DNA of 64,000 nt, taken from assembly GCA_964057225.1 (NCBI GenBank), contig OZ059899.1:18724001-18788000 (forward strand). The letters are read 5' to 3'. This DNA comes from Auanema rhodensis. Its lineage: Eukaryota > Animalia > Nematoda. Position numbers and translations under genes: made by a program. The notes under the pieces were generated by a model. It saw nothing but the letters and a program-made list of their open reading frames with translations, had not been told where the DNA came from and searched no databases. Shown here piece by piece: positions 11,770-26,700 of the stretch. Within the stretch, counting starts at the first letter, position 1. Each line of letters begins with the position of its first letter.

Positions 11770-14700
11770 TTGAAAAATGATGCATTAGTGTATGTTGAGT
11801 TTCCATGTACACTCAACATTGCTTCCAAAAACATTTTGACAAAAATTTTTCCGAAAAATTTCAAAATAATTTTGCAAAAAGTAGATGTTTTTAGATTCCT
11901 TTTTTCAAGGCAAAGACGATGGACAATGTTATTCAACGAAAAAATTAATTCTCCAGGGTGAAAATCGAGGATGTAATTGTGAACTTATATCAGTTGATAT
12001 CTCGGTGCATTTTTAAGCTAGCGCAAATCTGATAACACAGATCGACGCAGCTTAAAAATCCGCATCGAATGCACTATACAACATTGAGAAACGCTTATTA
12101 CAAATATTAGTTATGATCGTTTGAAAAATGATGCATTAGTGTATGTTGAGTTTCCATGTACACTCAACATTGCTTTCAAAAACATTTTGACAAAAATTTT
12201 TCCGAAAAATTTCAAAATAATTTTGCAAAAAGTAGATGTTTTTAGATTCCTTTTTTCAAGGCAAAGACGATGGACAATGTTATTCAACGAAAAAATTAAT
12301 TCTGCAGGGTGAAAATCGAGGATATAAGTGTGAACTTATATCAGTTGATATCTCGGTGCATTTTTAAGCTAGCGCAAATCTGATAACACAGATCGACGCA
12401 GCTTAAAAATCCGCATCGAATGCACTATACAACATTGAGAAACGCTTAATACAAAAATTAGTTATGATCGTTTGAAAAATGATGCATTAGTGTATGTTGA
12501 GTTTCCATGTACACTCAACATTGCTTCCAAAAACATTTTTACAAAAATTTTTCCGGAAAATTTCGAAACAATTTCGCAAAAAGTAGATGTTTTTAGATTC
12601 CTTTTTTCAAGGCAAAGACGATGGACAATGTTATTCAACAAAAAAATTAATTCTCCAGGGTGAAAATCGAGGATGTAAGTGTGAACTTATATCAGTTGAT
12701 ATCTCGGTGCATTTTTAAGCTAGCGCAAATCTGATAACACAGATCGACGCAGCTTAAAATTCCGCATCGAATGCACTATACAACATTGAGAAACGCTTAA
12801 TACAAAAATTAGTTATGATCGTTTGAAAAATGATGCATTAGTGTATGTTGAGTTTCCATGTACACTCAACATTGCTTCCAAAAACATTTTTACAAAAATT
12901 TTTCCGGAAAATTTCGAAACAATTTCGCAAAAAGTAGATGTTTTTAGATTCCTTTTTTCAAGGCAAAGACGATGGACAATGTTATTCAACAAAAAAATTA
13001 ATTCTCCAGGGTGAAAATCGAGGATGTAAGTGTGAACTTATATCAGTTGATATCTCGGTGCATTTTTAAGCTAGCGCAAATCTGATAACACAGATCGACG
13101 CAGCTTAAAATTCCGCATCGAATGCACTATACAACATTGAGAAACGCTTATTACAAATATTAGTTATGATCGTTTGAAAAATGATGCATTAGTGTATGTT
13201 GAGTTTCCATGTACACTCAACATTGCTTTCAAAAACATTTTGACAAAAATTTTTCCGAAAAATTTCAAAATAATTTTGCAAAAAGTAGATGTTTTTAGAT
13301 TCCTTTTTTCAAGGCAAAGACGATGGACAATGTTATTCAACGAAAAAATTAATTCTGCAGGGTGAAAATCGAGGATATAAGTGTGAACTTATATCAGTTG
13401 ATATCTCGGTGCATTTTTAAGCTAGCGCAAATCTGATAACACAGATCGACGCAGCTTAAAAATCCGCATCGAATGCACTATACAACATTGAGAAACGCTT
13501 AATACAAAAATTAGTTATGATCGTTTGAAAAATGATGCATTAGTGTATGTTGAGTTTCCATGTACACTCAACATTGCTTCCAAAAACATTTTTACAAAAA
13601 TTTTTCCGGAAAATTTCGAAACAATTTCGCAAAAAGTAGATGTTTTTAGATTCCTTTTTTCAAGGCAAAGACGATGGACAATGTTATTCAACAAAAAAAT
13701 TAATTCTCCAGGGTGAAAATCGAGGATGTAAGTGTGAACTTATATCAGTTGATATCTCGGTGCATTTTTAAGCTAGCGCAAATCTGATAACACAGATCGA
13801 CGCAGCTTAAAATTCCGCATCGAATGCACTATACAACATTGAGAAACGCTTAATACAAAAATTAGTTATGATCGTTTGAAAAATGATGCATTAGTGTATG
13901 TTGAGTTTCCATGTACACTCAACATTGCTTCCAAAAACATTTTTACAAAAATTTTTCCGGAAAATTTCGAAACAATTTCGCAAAAAGTAGATGTTTTTAG
14001 ATTCCTTTTTTCAAGGCAAAGACGATGGACAATGTTATTCAACAAAAAAATTAATTCTCCAGGGTGAAAATCGAGGATGTAAGTGTGAACTTATATCAGT
14101 TGATATCTCGGTGCATTTTTAAGCTAGCGCAAATCTGATAACACAGATCGACGCAGCTTAAAATTCCGCATCGAATGCACTATACAACATTGAGAAACGC
14201 TTAATACAAAAATTAGTTATGATCGTTTGAAAAATGATGCATTAGTGTATGTTGAGTTTCCATGTACACTCAACATTGCTTCCAAAAACATTTTTACAAA
14301 AATTTTTCCGGAAAATTTCGAAACAATTTCGCAAAAAGTAGATGTTTTTAGATTCCTTTTTTCAAGGCAAAGACGATGGACAATGTTATTCAACGAAAAA
14401 ATTAATTCTGCAGGGTGAAAATCGAGGATATAAGTGTGAACTTATATCAGTTGATATCTCGGTGCATTTTTAAGCTAGCGCAAATCTGATAACACAGATC
14501 GACGCAGCTTAAAAATCCGCATCGAATGCACTATACTACATTGAAAAACGCTTAATACAAAAATTAGTTATGATCGTTTGAAAAAAGATGCATTAGTGTA
14601 TGTTGAGTTTCCATGTATACTCAACATTGCTTCCAAAAACATTTTGACAAAAATTTTTCCGAAAAATTTCAAAATAATTTCGCAAAAAGGAGATGTTTTT

Positions 14701-17700
14701 AGATTCCTTTTTTCAAGGCAAAGACGATGGACAAAGTTATTCAACGAAAAAATTAATTCTGCAGGGTGAAAATCGAGGATATAAGTGTGAACTTATATCA
14801 GTTGATATCTCGGTGCATTTTTAAGCTAGCGCAAATCTGATAACACAGATCGACGCAGCTTAAAAATCCGCATCGAATGCACTATACAACAGTGAGAAAC
14901 GCTTAATATAAAAATTAGTTATGATCGTTTGAAAAATGATGCATTAGTGTATGTTGAGTTTCCATGTACACTCAACATTGCTTCCAAAAACATTTTGACA
15001 AAAATTTTTCCGAAAAATTTCAAAATAATTTTGCAAAAAGTAGATGTTTTTAGATTCCTTTTTTCAAGGCAAAGACGATGGACAATGTTATTCAACGAAA
15101 AAATTAATTCTCCAGGGTGAAAATCGAGGATGTAATTGTGAACTTATATCAGTTGATATCTCGGTGCATTTTTAAGCTAGCGCAAATCTGATAACACAGA
15201 TCGACGCAGCTTAAAAATCCGCATCGAATGCACTATACAACATTGAGAAACGCTTAATACAAAAATTAGTTATGATCGTTTGAAAAATGATGCATTAGTG
15301 TATGTTGAGTTTCCATGTACACTCAACATTGCTTTCAAAAACATTTTGACAAAAATTTTTCCGAAAAATTTCAAAATAATTTTGCAAAAAGTAGATGTTT
15401 TTAGATTCCTTTTTTCAAGGCAAAGACGATGGACAATGTTATTCAACGAAAAAATTAATTCTGCAGGGTGAAAATCGAGGATATAAGTGTGAACTTATAT
15501 CAGTTGATATCTCGGTGCATTTTTAAGCTAGCGCAAATCTGATAACACAGATCGACGCAGCTTAAAAATCCGCATCGAATGCACTATACAACATTGAGAA
15601 ACGCTTAATACAAAAATTAGTTATGATCGTTTGAAAAATGATGCATTAGTGTATGTTGAGTTTCCATGTACACTCAACATTGCTTCCAAAAACATTTTGA
15701 CAAAAATTTTTCCGAAAAATTTCAAAATAATTTTGCAAAAAGTAGATGTTTTTAGATTCCTTTTTTCAAGGCAAAGACGATGGACAATGTTATTCAACGA
15801 AAAAATTAATTCTCCAGGGTGAAAATCGAGGATGTAATTGTGAACTTATATCAGTTGATATCTCGGTGCATTTTTAAGCTAGCGCAAATCTGATAACACA
15901 GATCGACGCAGCTTAAAAATCCGCATCGAATGCACTATACAACATTGAGAAACGCTTAATACAAAAATTAGTTATGATCGTTTGAAAAATGATGCATTAG
16001 TGTATGTTGAGTTTCCATGTACACTCAACATTGCTTTCAAAAACATTTTGACAAAAATTTTTCCGAAAAATTTCAAAATAATTTTGCAAAAAGTAGATGT
16101 TTTTAGATTCCTTTTTTCAAGGCAAAGACGATGGACAATGTTATTCAACGAAAAAATTAATTCTGCAGGGTGAAAATCGAGGATATAAGTGTGAACTTAT
16201 ATCAGTTGATATCTCGGTGCATTTTTAAGCTAGCGCAAATCTGATAACACAGATCGACGCAGCTTAAAAATCCGCATCGAATGCACTATACAACATTGAG
16301 AAACGCTTAATACAAAAATTAGTTATGATCGTTTGAAAAATGATGCATTAGTGTATGTTGAGTTTCCATGTACACTCAACATTGCTTCCAAAAACATTTT
16401 TACAAAAATTTTTCCGGAAAATTTCGAAACAATTTCGCAAAAAGTAGATGTTTTTAGATTCCTTTTTTCAAGGCAAAGACGATGGACAATGTTATTCAAC
16501 AAAAAAATTAATTCTCCAGGGTGAAAATCGAGGATGTAAGTGTGAACTTATATCAGTTGATATCTCGGTGCATTTTTAAGCTAGCGCAAATCTGATAACA
16601 CAGATCGACGCAGCTTAAAATTCCGCATCGAATGCACTATACAACATTGAGAAACGCTTAATACAAAAATTAGTTATGATCGTTTGAAAAATGATGCATT
16701 AGTGTATGTTGAGTTTCCATGTACACTCAACATTGCTTCCAAAAACATTTTTACAAAAATTTTTCCGGAAAATTTCGAAACAATTTCGCAAAAAGTAGAT
16801 GTTTTTAGATTCCTTTTTTCAAGGCAAAGACGATGGACAATGTTATTCAACGAAAAAATTAATTCTGCAGGGTGAAAATCGAGGATATAAGTGTGAACTT
16901 ATATCAGTTGATATCTCGGTGCATTTTTAAGCTAGCGCAAATCTGATAACACAGATCGACGCAGCTTGAAAATCCGCATCGAATGCACTATACTACATTG
17001 AAAAACGCTTAATACAAAAATTAGTTATGATCGTTTGAAAAAAGATGCATTAGTGTATGTTGAGTTTCCATGTATACTCAACATTGCTTCCAAAAACATT
17101 TTGACAAAAATTTTTTCGAAAAATTTCAAAATAATTTTGCAAAAAGTAGATGTTTTTAGATTCCTTTTTTCAAGGCAAAGACGATGGACAATGTTATTCA
17201 ACGAAAAAATTAATTCTCCAGGGTGAAAATCGAGGATGTAATTGTGAACTTATATCAGTTGATATCTCGGTGCATTTTTAAGCTAGCGCAAATCTGATAA
17301 CACAGATCGACGCAGCTTAAAAATCCGCATCGAATGCACTATACAACATTGAGAAACGCTTATTACAAATATTAGTTATGATCGTTTGAAAAATGATGCA
17401 TTAGTGTATGTTGAGTTTCCATGTACACTCAACATTGCTTTCAAAAACATTTTGACAAAAATTTTTCCGAAAAATTTCAAAATAATTTTGCAAAAAGTAG
17501 ATGTTTTTAGATTCCTTTTTTCAAGGCAAAGACGATGGACAATGTTATTCAACGAAAAAATTAATTCTGCAGGGTGAAAATCGAGGATATAAGTGTGAAC
17601 TTATATCAGTTGATATCTCGGTGCATTTTTAAGCTAGCGCAAATCTGATAACACAGATCGACGCAGCTTGAAAATCCGCATCGAATGCACTATACAACAT

Positions 17701-20700
17701 TGAGAAACGCTTAATACAAAAATTAGTTATGATCGTTTGAAAAATGATGCATTAGTGTATGTTGAGTTTCCATGTACACTCAACATTGCTTCCAAAAACA
17801 TTTTTACAAAAATTTTTCCGGAAAATTTCGAAACAATTTCGCAAAAAGTAGATGTTTTTAGATTCCTTTTTTCAAGGCAAAGACGATGGACAATGTTATT
17901 CAACAAAAAAATTAATTCTCCAGGGTGAAAATCGAGGATGTAAGTGTGAACTTATATCAGTTGATATCTCGGTGCATTTTTAAGCTAGCGCAAATCTGAT
18001 AACACAGATCGACGCAGCTTAAAATTCCGCATCGAATGCACTATACAACATTGAGAAACGCTTAATACAAAAATTAGTTATGATCGTTTGAAAAATGATG
18101 CATTAGTGTATGTTGAGTTTCCATGTACACTCAACATTGCTTCCAAAAACATTTTTACAAAAATTTTTCCGGAAAATTTCGAAACAATTTCGCAAAAAGT
18201 AGATGTTTTTAGATTCCTTTTTTCAAGGCAAAGACGATGGACAATGTTATTCAACAAAAAAATTAATTCTCCAGGGTGAAAATCGAGGATGTAAGTGTGA
18301 ACTTATATCAGTTGATATCTCGGTGCATTTTTAAGCTAGCGCAAATCTGATAACACAGATCGACGCAGCTTAAAATTCCGCATCGAATGCACTATACAAC
18401 ATTGAGAAACGCTTAATACAAAAATTAGTTATGATCGTTTGAAAAATGATGCATTAGTGTATGTTGAGTTTCCATGTACACTCAACATTGCTTCCAAAAA
18501 CATTTTTACAAAAATTTTTCCGGAAAATTTCGAAACAATTTCGCAAAAAGTAGATGTTTTTAGATTCCTTTTTTCAAGGCAAAGACGATGGACAATGTTA
18601 TTCAACGAAAAAATTAATTCTGCAGGGTGAAAATCGAGGATATAAGTGTGAACTTATATCAGTTGATATCTCGGTGCATTTTTAAGCTAGCGCAAATCTG
18701 ATAACACAGATCGACGCAGCTTAAAAATCCGCATCGAATGCACTATACTACATTGAAAAACGCTTAATACAAAAATTAGTTATGATCGTTTGAAAAAAGA
18801 TGCATTAGTGTATGTTGAGTTTCCATGTATACTCAACATTGCTTCCAAAAACATTTTGACAAAAATTTTTCCGAAAAATTTCAAAATAATTTCGCAAAAA
18901 GGAGATGTTTTTAGATTCCTTTTTTCAAGGCAAAGACGATGGACAAAGTTATTCAACGAAAAAATTAATTCTGCAGGGTGAAAATCGAGGATATAAGTGT
19001 GAACTTATATCAGTTGATATCTCGGTGCATTTTTAAGCTAGCGCAAATCTGATAACACAGATCGACGCAGCTTAAAAATCCGCATCGAATGCACTATACA
19101 ACAGTGAGAAACGCTTAATATAAAAATTAGTTATGATCGTTTGAAAAATGATGCATTAGTGTATGTTGAGTTTCCATGTACACTCAACATTGCTTCCAAA
19201 AACATTTTGACAAAAATTTTTCCGAAAAATTTCAAAATAATTTTGCAAAAAGTAGATGTTTTTAGATTCCTTTTTTCAAGGCAAAGACGATGGACAATGT
19301 TATTCAACGAAAAAATTAATTCTCCAGGGTGAAAATCGAGGATGTAATTGTGAACTTATATCAGTTGATATCTCGGTGCATTTTTAAGCTAGCGCAAATC
19401 TGATAACACAGATCGACGCAGCTTAAAAATCCGCATCGAATGCACTATACAACATTGAGAAACGCTTAATACAAAAATTAGTTATGATCGTTTGAAAAAT
19501 GATGCATTAGTGTATGTTGAGTTTCCATGTACACTCAACATTGCTTTCAAAAACATTTTGACAAAAATTTTTCCGAAAAATTTCAAAATAATTTTGCAAA
19601 AAGTAGATGTTTTTAGATTCCTTTTTTCAAGGCAAAGACGATGGACAATGTTATTCAACGAAAAAATTAATTCTGCAGGGTGAAAATCGAGGATATAAGT
19701 GTGAACTTATATCAGTTGATATCTCGGTGCATTTTTAAGCTAGCGCAAATCTGATAACACAGATCGACGCAGCTTAAAAATCCGCATCGAATGCACTATA
19801 CAACATTGAGAAACGCTTAATACAAAAATTAGTTATGATCGTTTGAAAAATGATGCATTAGTGTATGTTGAGTTTCCATGTACACTCAACATTGCTTCCA
19901 AAAACATTTTGACAAAAATTTTTCCGAAAAATTTCAAAATAATTTTGCAAAAAGTAGATGTTTTTAGATTCCTTTTTTCAAGGCAAAGACGATGGACAAT
20001 GTTATTCAACGAAAAAATTAATTCTCCAGGGTGAAAATCGAGGATGTAATTGTGAACTTATATCAGTTGATATCTCGGTGCATTTTTAAGCTAGCGCAAA
20101 TCTGATAACACAGATCGACGCAGCTTAAAAATCCGCATCGAATGCACTATACAACATTGAGAAACGCTTAATACAAAAATTAGTTATGATCGTTTGAAAA
20201 ATGATGCATTAGTGTATGTTGAGTTTCCATGTACACTCAACATTGCTTTCAAAAACATTTTGACAAAAATTTTTCCGAAAAATTTCAAAATAATTTTGCA
20301 AAAAGTAGATGTTTTTAGATTCCTTTTTTCAAGGCAAAGACGATGGACAATGTTATTCAACGAAAAAATTAATTCTGCAGGGTGAAAATCGAGGATATAA
20401 GTGTGAACTTATATCAGTTGATATCTCGGTGCATTTTTAAGCTAGCGCAAATCTGATAACACAGATCGACGCAGCTTAAAAATCCGCATCGAATGCACTA
20501 TACAACATTGAGAAACGCTTAATACAAAAATTAGTTATGATCGTTTGAAAAATGATGCATTAGTGTATGTTGAGTTTCCATGTACACTCAACATTGCTTC
20601 CAAAAACATTTTTACAAAAATTTTTCCGGAAAATTTCGAAACAATTTCGCAAAAAGTAGATGTTTTTAGATTCCTTTTTTCAAGGCAAAGACGATGGACA

Positions 20701-23700
20701 ATGTTATTCAACAAAAAAATTAATTCTCCAGGGTGAAAATCGAGGATGTAAGTGTGAACTTATATCAGTTGATATCTCGGTGCATTTTTAAGCTAGCGCA
20801 AATCTGATAACACAGATCGACGCAGCTTAAAAATCCGCATCGAATGCACTATACAACATTGAGAAACGCTTAATACAAAAATTAGTTATGATCGTTTGAA
20901 AAATGATGCATTAGTGTATGTTGAGTTTCCATGTACACTCAACATTGCTTTCAAAAACATTTTGACAAAAATTTTTCCGAAAAATTTCAAAATAATTTTG
21001 CAAAAAGTAGATGTTTTTAGATTCCTTTTTTCAAGGCAAAGACGATGGACAATGTTATTCAACGAAAAAATTAATTCTGCAGGGTGAAAATCGAGGATAT
21101 AAGTGTGAACTTATATCAGTTGATATCTCGGTGCATTTTTAAGCTAGCGCAAATCTGATAACACAGATCGACGCAGCTTAAAAATCCGCATCGAATGCAC
21201 TATACAACATTGAGAAACGCTTAATACAAAAATTAGTTATGATCGTTTGAAAAATGATGCATTAGTGTATGTTGAGTTTCCATGTACACTCAACATTGCT
21301 TCCAAAAACATTTTTACAAAAATTTTTCCGGAAAATTTCGAAACAATTTCGCAAAAAGTAGATGTTTTTAGATTCCTTTTTTCAAGGCAAAGACGATGGA
21401 CAATGTTATTCAACAAAAAAATTAATTCTCCAGGGTGAAAATCGAGGATGTAAGTGTGAACTTATATCAGTTGATATCTCGGTGCATTTTTAAGCTAGCG
21501 CAAATCTGATAACACAGATCGACGCAGCTTAAAATTCCGCATCGAATGCACTATACAACATTGAGAAACGCTTAATACAAAAATTAGTTATGATCGTTTG
21601 AAAAATGATGCATTAGTGTATGTTGAGTTTCCATGTACACTCAACATTGCTTCCAAAAACATTTTTACAAAAATTTTTCCGGAAAATTTCGAAACAATTT
21701 CGCAAAAAGTAGATGTTTTTAGATTCCTTTTTTCAAGGCAAAGACGATGGACAATGTTATTCAACAAAAAAATTAATTCTCCAGGGTGAAAATCGAGGAT
21801 GTAAGTGTGAACTTATATCAGTTGATATCTCGGTGCATTTTTAAGCTAGCGCAAATCTGATAACACAGATCGACGCAGCTTAAAATTCCGCATCGAATGC
21901 ACTATACAACATTGAGAAACGCTTAATACAAAAATTAGTTATGATCGTTTGAAAAATGATGCATTAGTGTATGTTGAGTTTCCATGTACACTCAACATTG
22001 CTTCCAAAAACATTTTTACAAAAATTTTTCCGGAAAATTTCGAAACAATTTCGCAAAAAGTAGATGTTTTTAGATTCCTTTTTTCAAGGCAAAGACGATG
22101 GACAATGTTATTCAACGAAAAAATTAATTCTGCAGGGTGAAAATCGAGGATATAAGTGTGAACTTATATCAGTTGATATCTCGGTGCATTTTTAAGCTAG
22201 CGCAAATCTGATAACACAGATCGACGCAGCTTAAAAATCCGCATCGAATGCACTATACAACATTGAGAAACGCTTAATACAAATATTAGTTATGATCGTT
22301 TGAAAAATGATGCATTAGTGTATGTTGAGTTTCCATGTACACTCAACATTGCTTTCAAAAACATTTTGACAAAAATTTTTCCGAAAAATTTCAAAATAAT
22401 TTTGCAAAAAGTAGATGTTTTTAGATTCCTTTTTTCAAGGCAAAGACGATGGACAATGTTATTCAACGAAAAAATTAATTCTGCAGGGTGAAAATCGAGG
22501 ATATAAGTGTGAACTTATATCAGTTGATATCTCGGTGCATTTTTAAGCTAGCGCAAATCTGATAACACAGATCGACGCAGCTTAAAAATCCGCATCGAAT
22601 GCACTATACAACATTGAGAAACGCTTAATACAAAAATTAGTTATGATCGTTTGAAAAATGATGCATTAGTGTATGTTGAGTTTCCATGTACACTCAACAT
22701 TGCTTCCAAAAACATTTTTACAAAAATTTTTCCGGAAAATTTCGAAACAATTTCGCAAAAAGTAGATGTTTTTAGATTCCTTTTTTCAAGGCAAAGACGA
22801 TGGACAATGTTATTCAACAAAAAAATTAATTCTCCAGGGTGAAAATCGAGGATGTAAGTGTGAACTTATATCAGTTGATATCTCGGTGCATTTTTAAGCT
22901 AGCGCAAATCTGATAACACAGATCGACGCAGCTTAAAATTCCGCATCGAATGCACTATACAACATTGAGAAACGCTTAATACAAAAATTAGTTATGATCG
23001 TTTGAAAAATGATGCATTAGTGTATGTTGAGTTTCCATGTACACTCAACATTGCTTCCAAAAACATTTTTACAAAAATTTTTCCGGAAAATTTCGAAACA
23101 ATTTCGCAAAAAGTAGATGTTTTTAGATTCCTTTTTTCAAGGCAAAGACGATGGACAATGTTATTCAACGAAAAAATTAATTCTGCAGGGTGAAAATCGA
23201 GGATATAAGTGTGAACTTATATCAGTTGATATCTCGGTGCATTTTTAAGCTAGCGCAAATCTGATAACACAGATCGACGCAGCTTAAAAATCCGCATCGA
23301 ATGCACTATACTACATTGAAAAACGCTTAATACAAAAATTAGTTATGATCGTTTGAAAAAAGATGCATTAGTGTATGTTGAGTTTCCATGTATACTCAAC
23401 ATTGCTTCCAAAAACATTTTGACAAAAATTTTTCCGAAAAATTTCAAAATAATTTTGCAAAAAGTATATGTTTTTAGATTCCTTTTTTCAAGGCAAAGAC
23501 GATGGACAATGTTATTCAACGAAAAAATTAATTCTGCAGGGTGAAAATCGAGGATATAAGTGTGAACTTATATCAGTTGATATCTCGGTGCATTTTTAAG
23601 CTAGCGCAAATCTGATAACACAGATCGACGCAGCTTAAAAATCCGCATCGAATGCACTATACAACATTGAGAAACGCTTAATACAAATATTAGTTATGAT

Positions 23701-26700
23701 CGTTTGAAAAATGATGCATTAGTGTATGTTGAGTTTCCATGTACACTCAACATTGCTTTCAAAAACATTTTGACAAAAATTTTTCCGAAAAATTTCAAAA
23801 TAATTTTGCAAAAAGTAGATGTTTTTAGATTCCTTTTTTCAAGGCAAAGACGATGGACAATGTTATTCAACGAAAAAATTAATTCTGCAGGGTGAAAATC
23901 GAGGATATAAGTGTGAACTTATATCAGTTGATATCTCGGTGCATTTTTAAGCTAGCGCAAATCTGATAACACAGATCGACGCAGCTTAAAAATCCGCATC
24001 GAATGCACTATACTACATTGAAGAACGCTTAATACAAAAATTAGTTATGATCGTTTGAAAAAAGATGCATTAGTGTATGTTGAGTTTCCATGTATACTCA
24101 ACATTGCTTCCAAAAACATTTTGACAAAAATTTTTCCGAAAAATTTCAAAATAATTTTGCAAAAAGTAGATGTTTTTAGATTCCTTTTTTCAAGGCAAAG
24201 ACGATGGACAAAGTTATTCAACGAAAAAATTAATTCTGCAGGGTGAAAATCGAGGATATAAGTGTGAACTTATATCAGTTGATATCTCGGTGCATTTTTA
24301 AGCTAGCGCAAATCTGATAACACAGATCGACGCAGCTTAAAAATCCGCATCGAATGCACTATACAACAGTGAGAAACGCTTAATACAAAAATTAGTTATG
24401 ATCGTTTGAAAAATGATGCATTAGTGTATGTTGAGTTTCCATGTACACTCAACATTGCTTCCAAAAACATTTTGACAAAAATTTTTCCGAAAAATTTCAA
24501 AATAATTTTGCAAAAAGTAGATGTTTTTAGATTCCTTTTTTCAAGGCAAAGACGATGGACAATGTTATTCAACGAAAAAATTAATTCTCCAGGGTGAAAA
24601 TCGAGGATGTAATTGTGAACTTATATCAGTTGATATCTCGGTGCATTTTTAAGCTAGCGCAAATCTGATAACACAGATCGACGCAGCTTAAAAATCCGCA
24701 TCGAATGCACTATACAACATTGAGAAACGCTTAATACAAAAATTAGTTATGATCGTTTGAAAAATGATGCATTAGTGTATGTTGAGTTTCCATGTACACT
24801 CAACATTGCTTCCAAAAACATTTTGACAAAAATTTTTCCGAAAAATTTCAAAATAATTTTGCAAAAAGTAGATGTTTTTAGATTCCTTTTTTCAAGGCAA
24901 AGACGATGGACAATGTTATTCAACAAAAAAATTAATTCTCCAGGGTGAAAATCGAGGATGTAAGTGTGAACTTATATCAGTTGATATCTCGGTGCATTTT
25001 TAAGCTAGCGCAAATCTGATAACACAGATCGACGCAGCTTAAAATTCCGCATCGAATGCACTATACAACATTGAGAAACGCTTAATACAAAAATTAGTTA
25101 TGATCGTTTGAAAAATGATGCATTAGTGTATGTTGAGTTTCCATGTACACTCAACATTGCTTCCAAAAACATTTTTACAAAAATTTTTCCGGAAAATTTC
25201 GAAACAATTTCGCAAAAAGTAGATGTTTTTAGATTCCTTTTTTCAAGGCAAAGACGATGGACAATGTTATTCAACAAAAAAATTAATTCTCCAGGGTGAA
25301 AATCGAGGATGTAAGTGTGAACTTATATCAATTTATATCTCGGTGCATTTTTAAGCTAGCGCAAATCTGATAACACAGATCGACGCAGCTTAAAATTCCG
25401 CATCGAATGCACTATACAACATTGAGAAACGCTTAATACAAAAATTAGTTATGATCGTTTGAAAAATGATGCATTAGTGTATGTTGAGTTTCCATGTACA
25501 CTCAACATTGCTTCCAAAAACATTTTTACAAAAATTTTTCCGGAAAATTTCGAAACAATTTCGCAAAAAGTAGATGTTTTTAGATTCCTTTTTTCAAGGC
25601 AAAGACGATGGACAATGTTATTCAACAAAAAAATTAATTCTCCAGGGTGAAAATCGAGGATGTAAGTGTGAACTTATATCAGTTGATATCTCGGTGCATT
25701 TTTAAGCTAGCGCAAATCTGATAACACAGATCGACGCAGCTTAAAATTCCGCATCGAATGCACTATACAACATTGAGAAACGCTTAATACAAAAATTAGT
25801 TATGATCGTTTGAAAAATGATGCATTAGTGTATGTTGAGTTTCCATGTACACTCAACATTGCTTCCAAAAACATTTTTACAAAAATTTTTCCGGAAAATT
25901 TCGAAACAATTTCGCAAAAAGTAGATGTTTTTAGATTCCTTTTTTCAAGGCAAAGACGATGGACAATGTTATTCAACGAAAAAATTAATTCTGCAGGGTG
26001 AAAATCGAGGATATAAGTGTGAACTTATATCAGTTGATATCTCGGTGCATTTTTAAGCTAGCGCAAATCTGATAACACAGATCGACGCAGCTTAAAAATC
26101 CGCATCGAATGCACTATACTACATTGAAAAACGCTTAATACAAAAATTAGTTATGATCGTTTGAAAAAAGATGCATTAGTGTATGTTGAGTTTCCATGTA
26201 TACTCAACATTGCTTCCAAAAACATTTTGACAAAAATTTTTCCGAAAAATTTCAAAATAATTTCGCAAAAAGGAGATGTTTTTAGATTCCTTTTTTCAAG
26301 GCAAAGACGATGGACAAAGTTATTCAACGAAAAAATTAATTCTGCAGGGTGAAAATCGAGGATATAAGTGTGAACTTATATCAGTTGATATCTCGGTGCA
26401 TTTTTAAGCTAGCGCAAATCTGATAACACAGATCGACGCAGCTTAAAAATCCGCATCGAATGCACTATACAGCAGTGAGAAACGCTTAATACAAAAATTA
26501 GTTATGATCGTTTGAAAAATGATGCATTAGTGTATGTTGAGTTTCCATGTACACTCAACATTGCTTCCAAAAACATTTTGACAAAAATTTTTCCGAAAAA
26601 TTTCAAAATAATTTTGCAAAAAGTAGATGTTTTTAGATTCCTTTTTTCAAGGCAAAGACGATGGACAATGTTATTCAACGAAAAAATTAATTCTCCAGGG

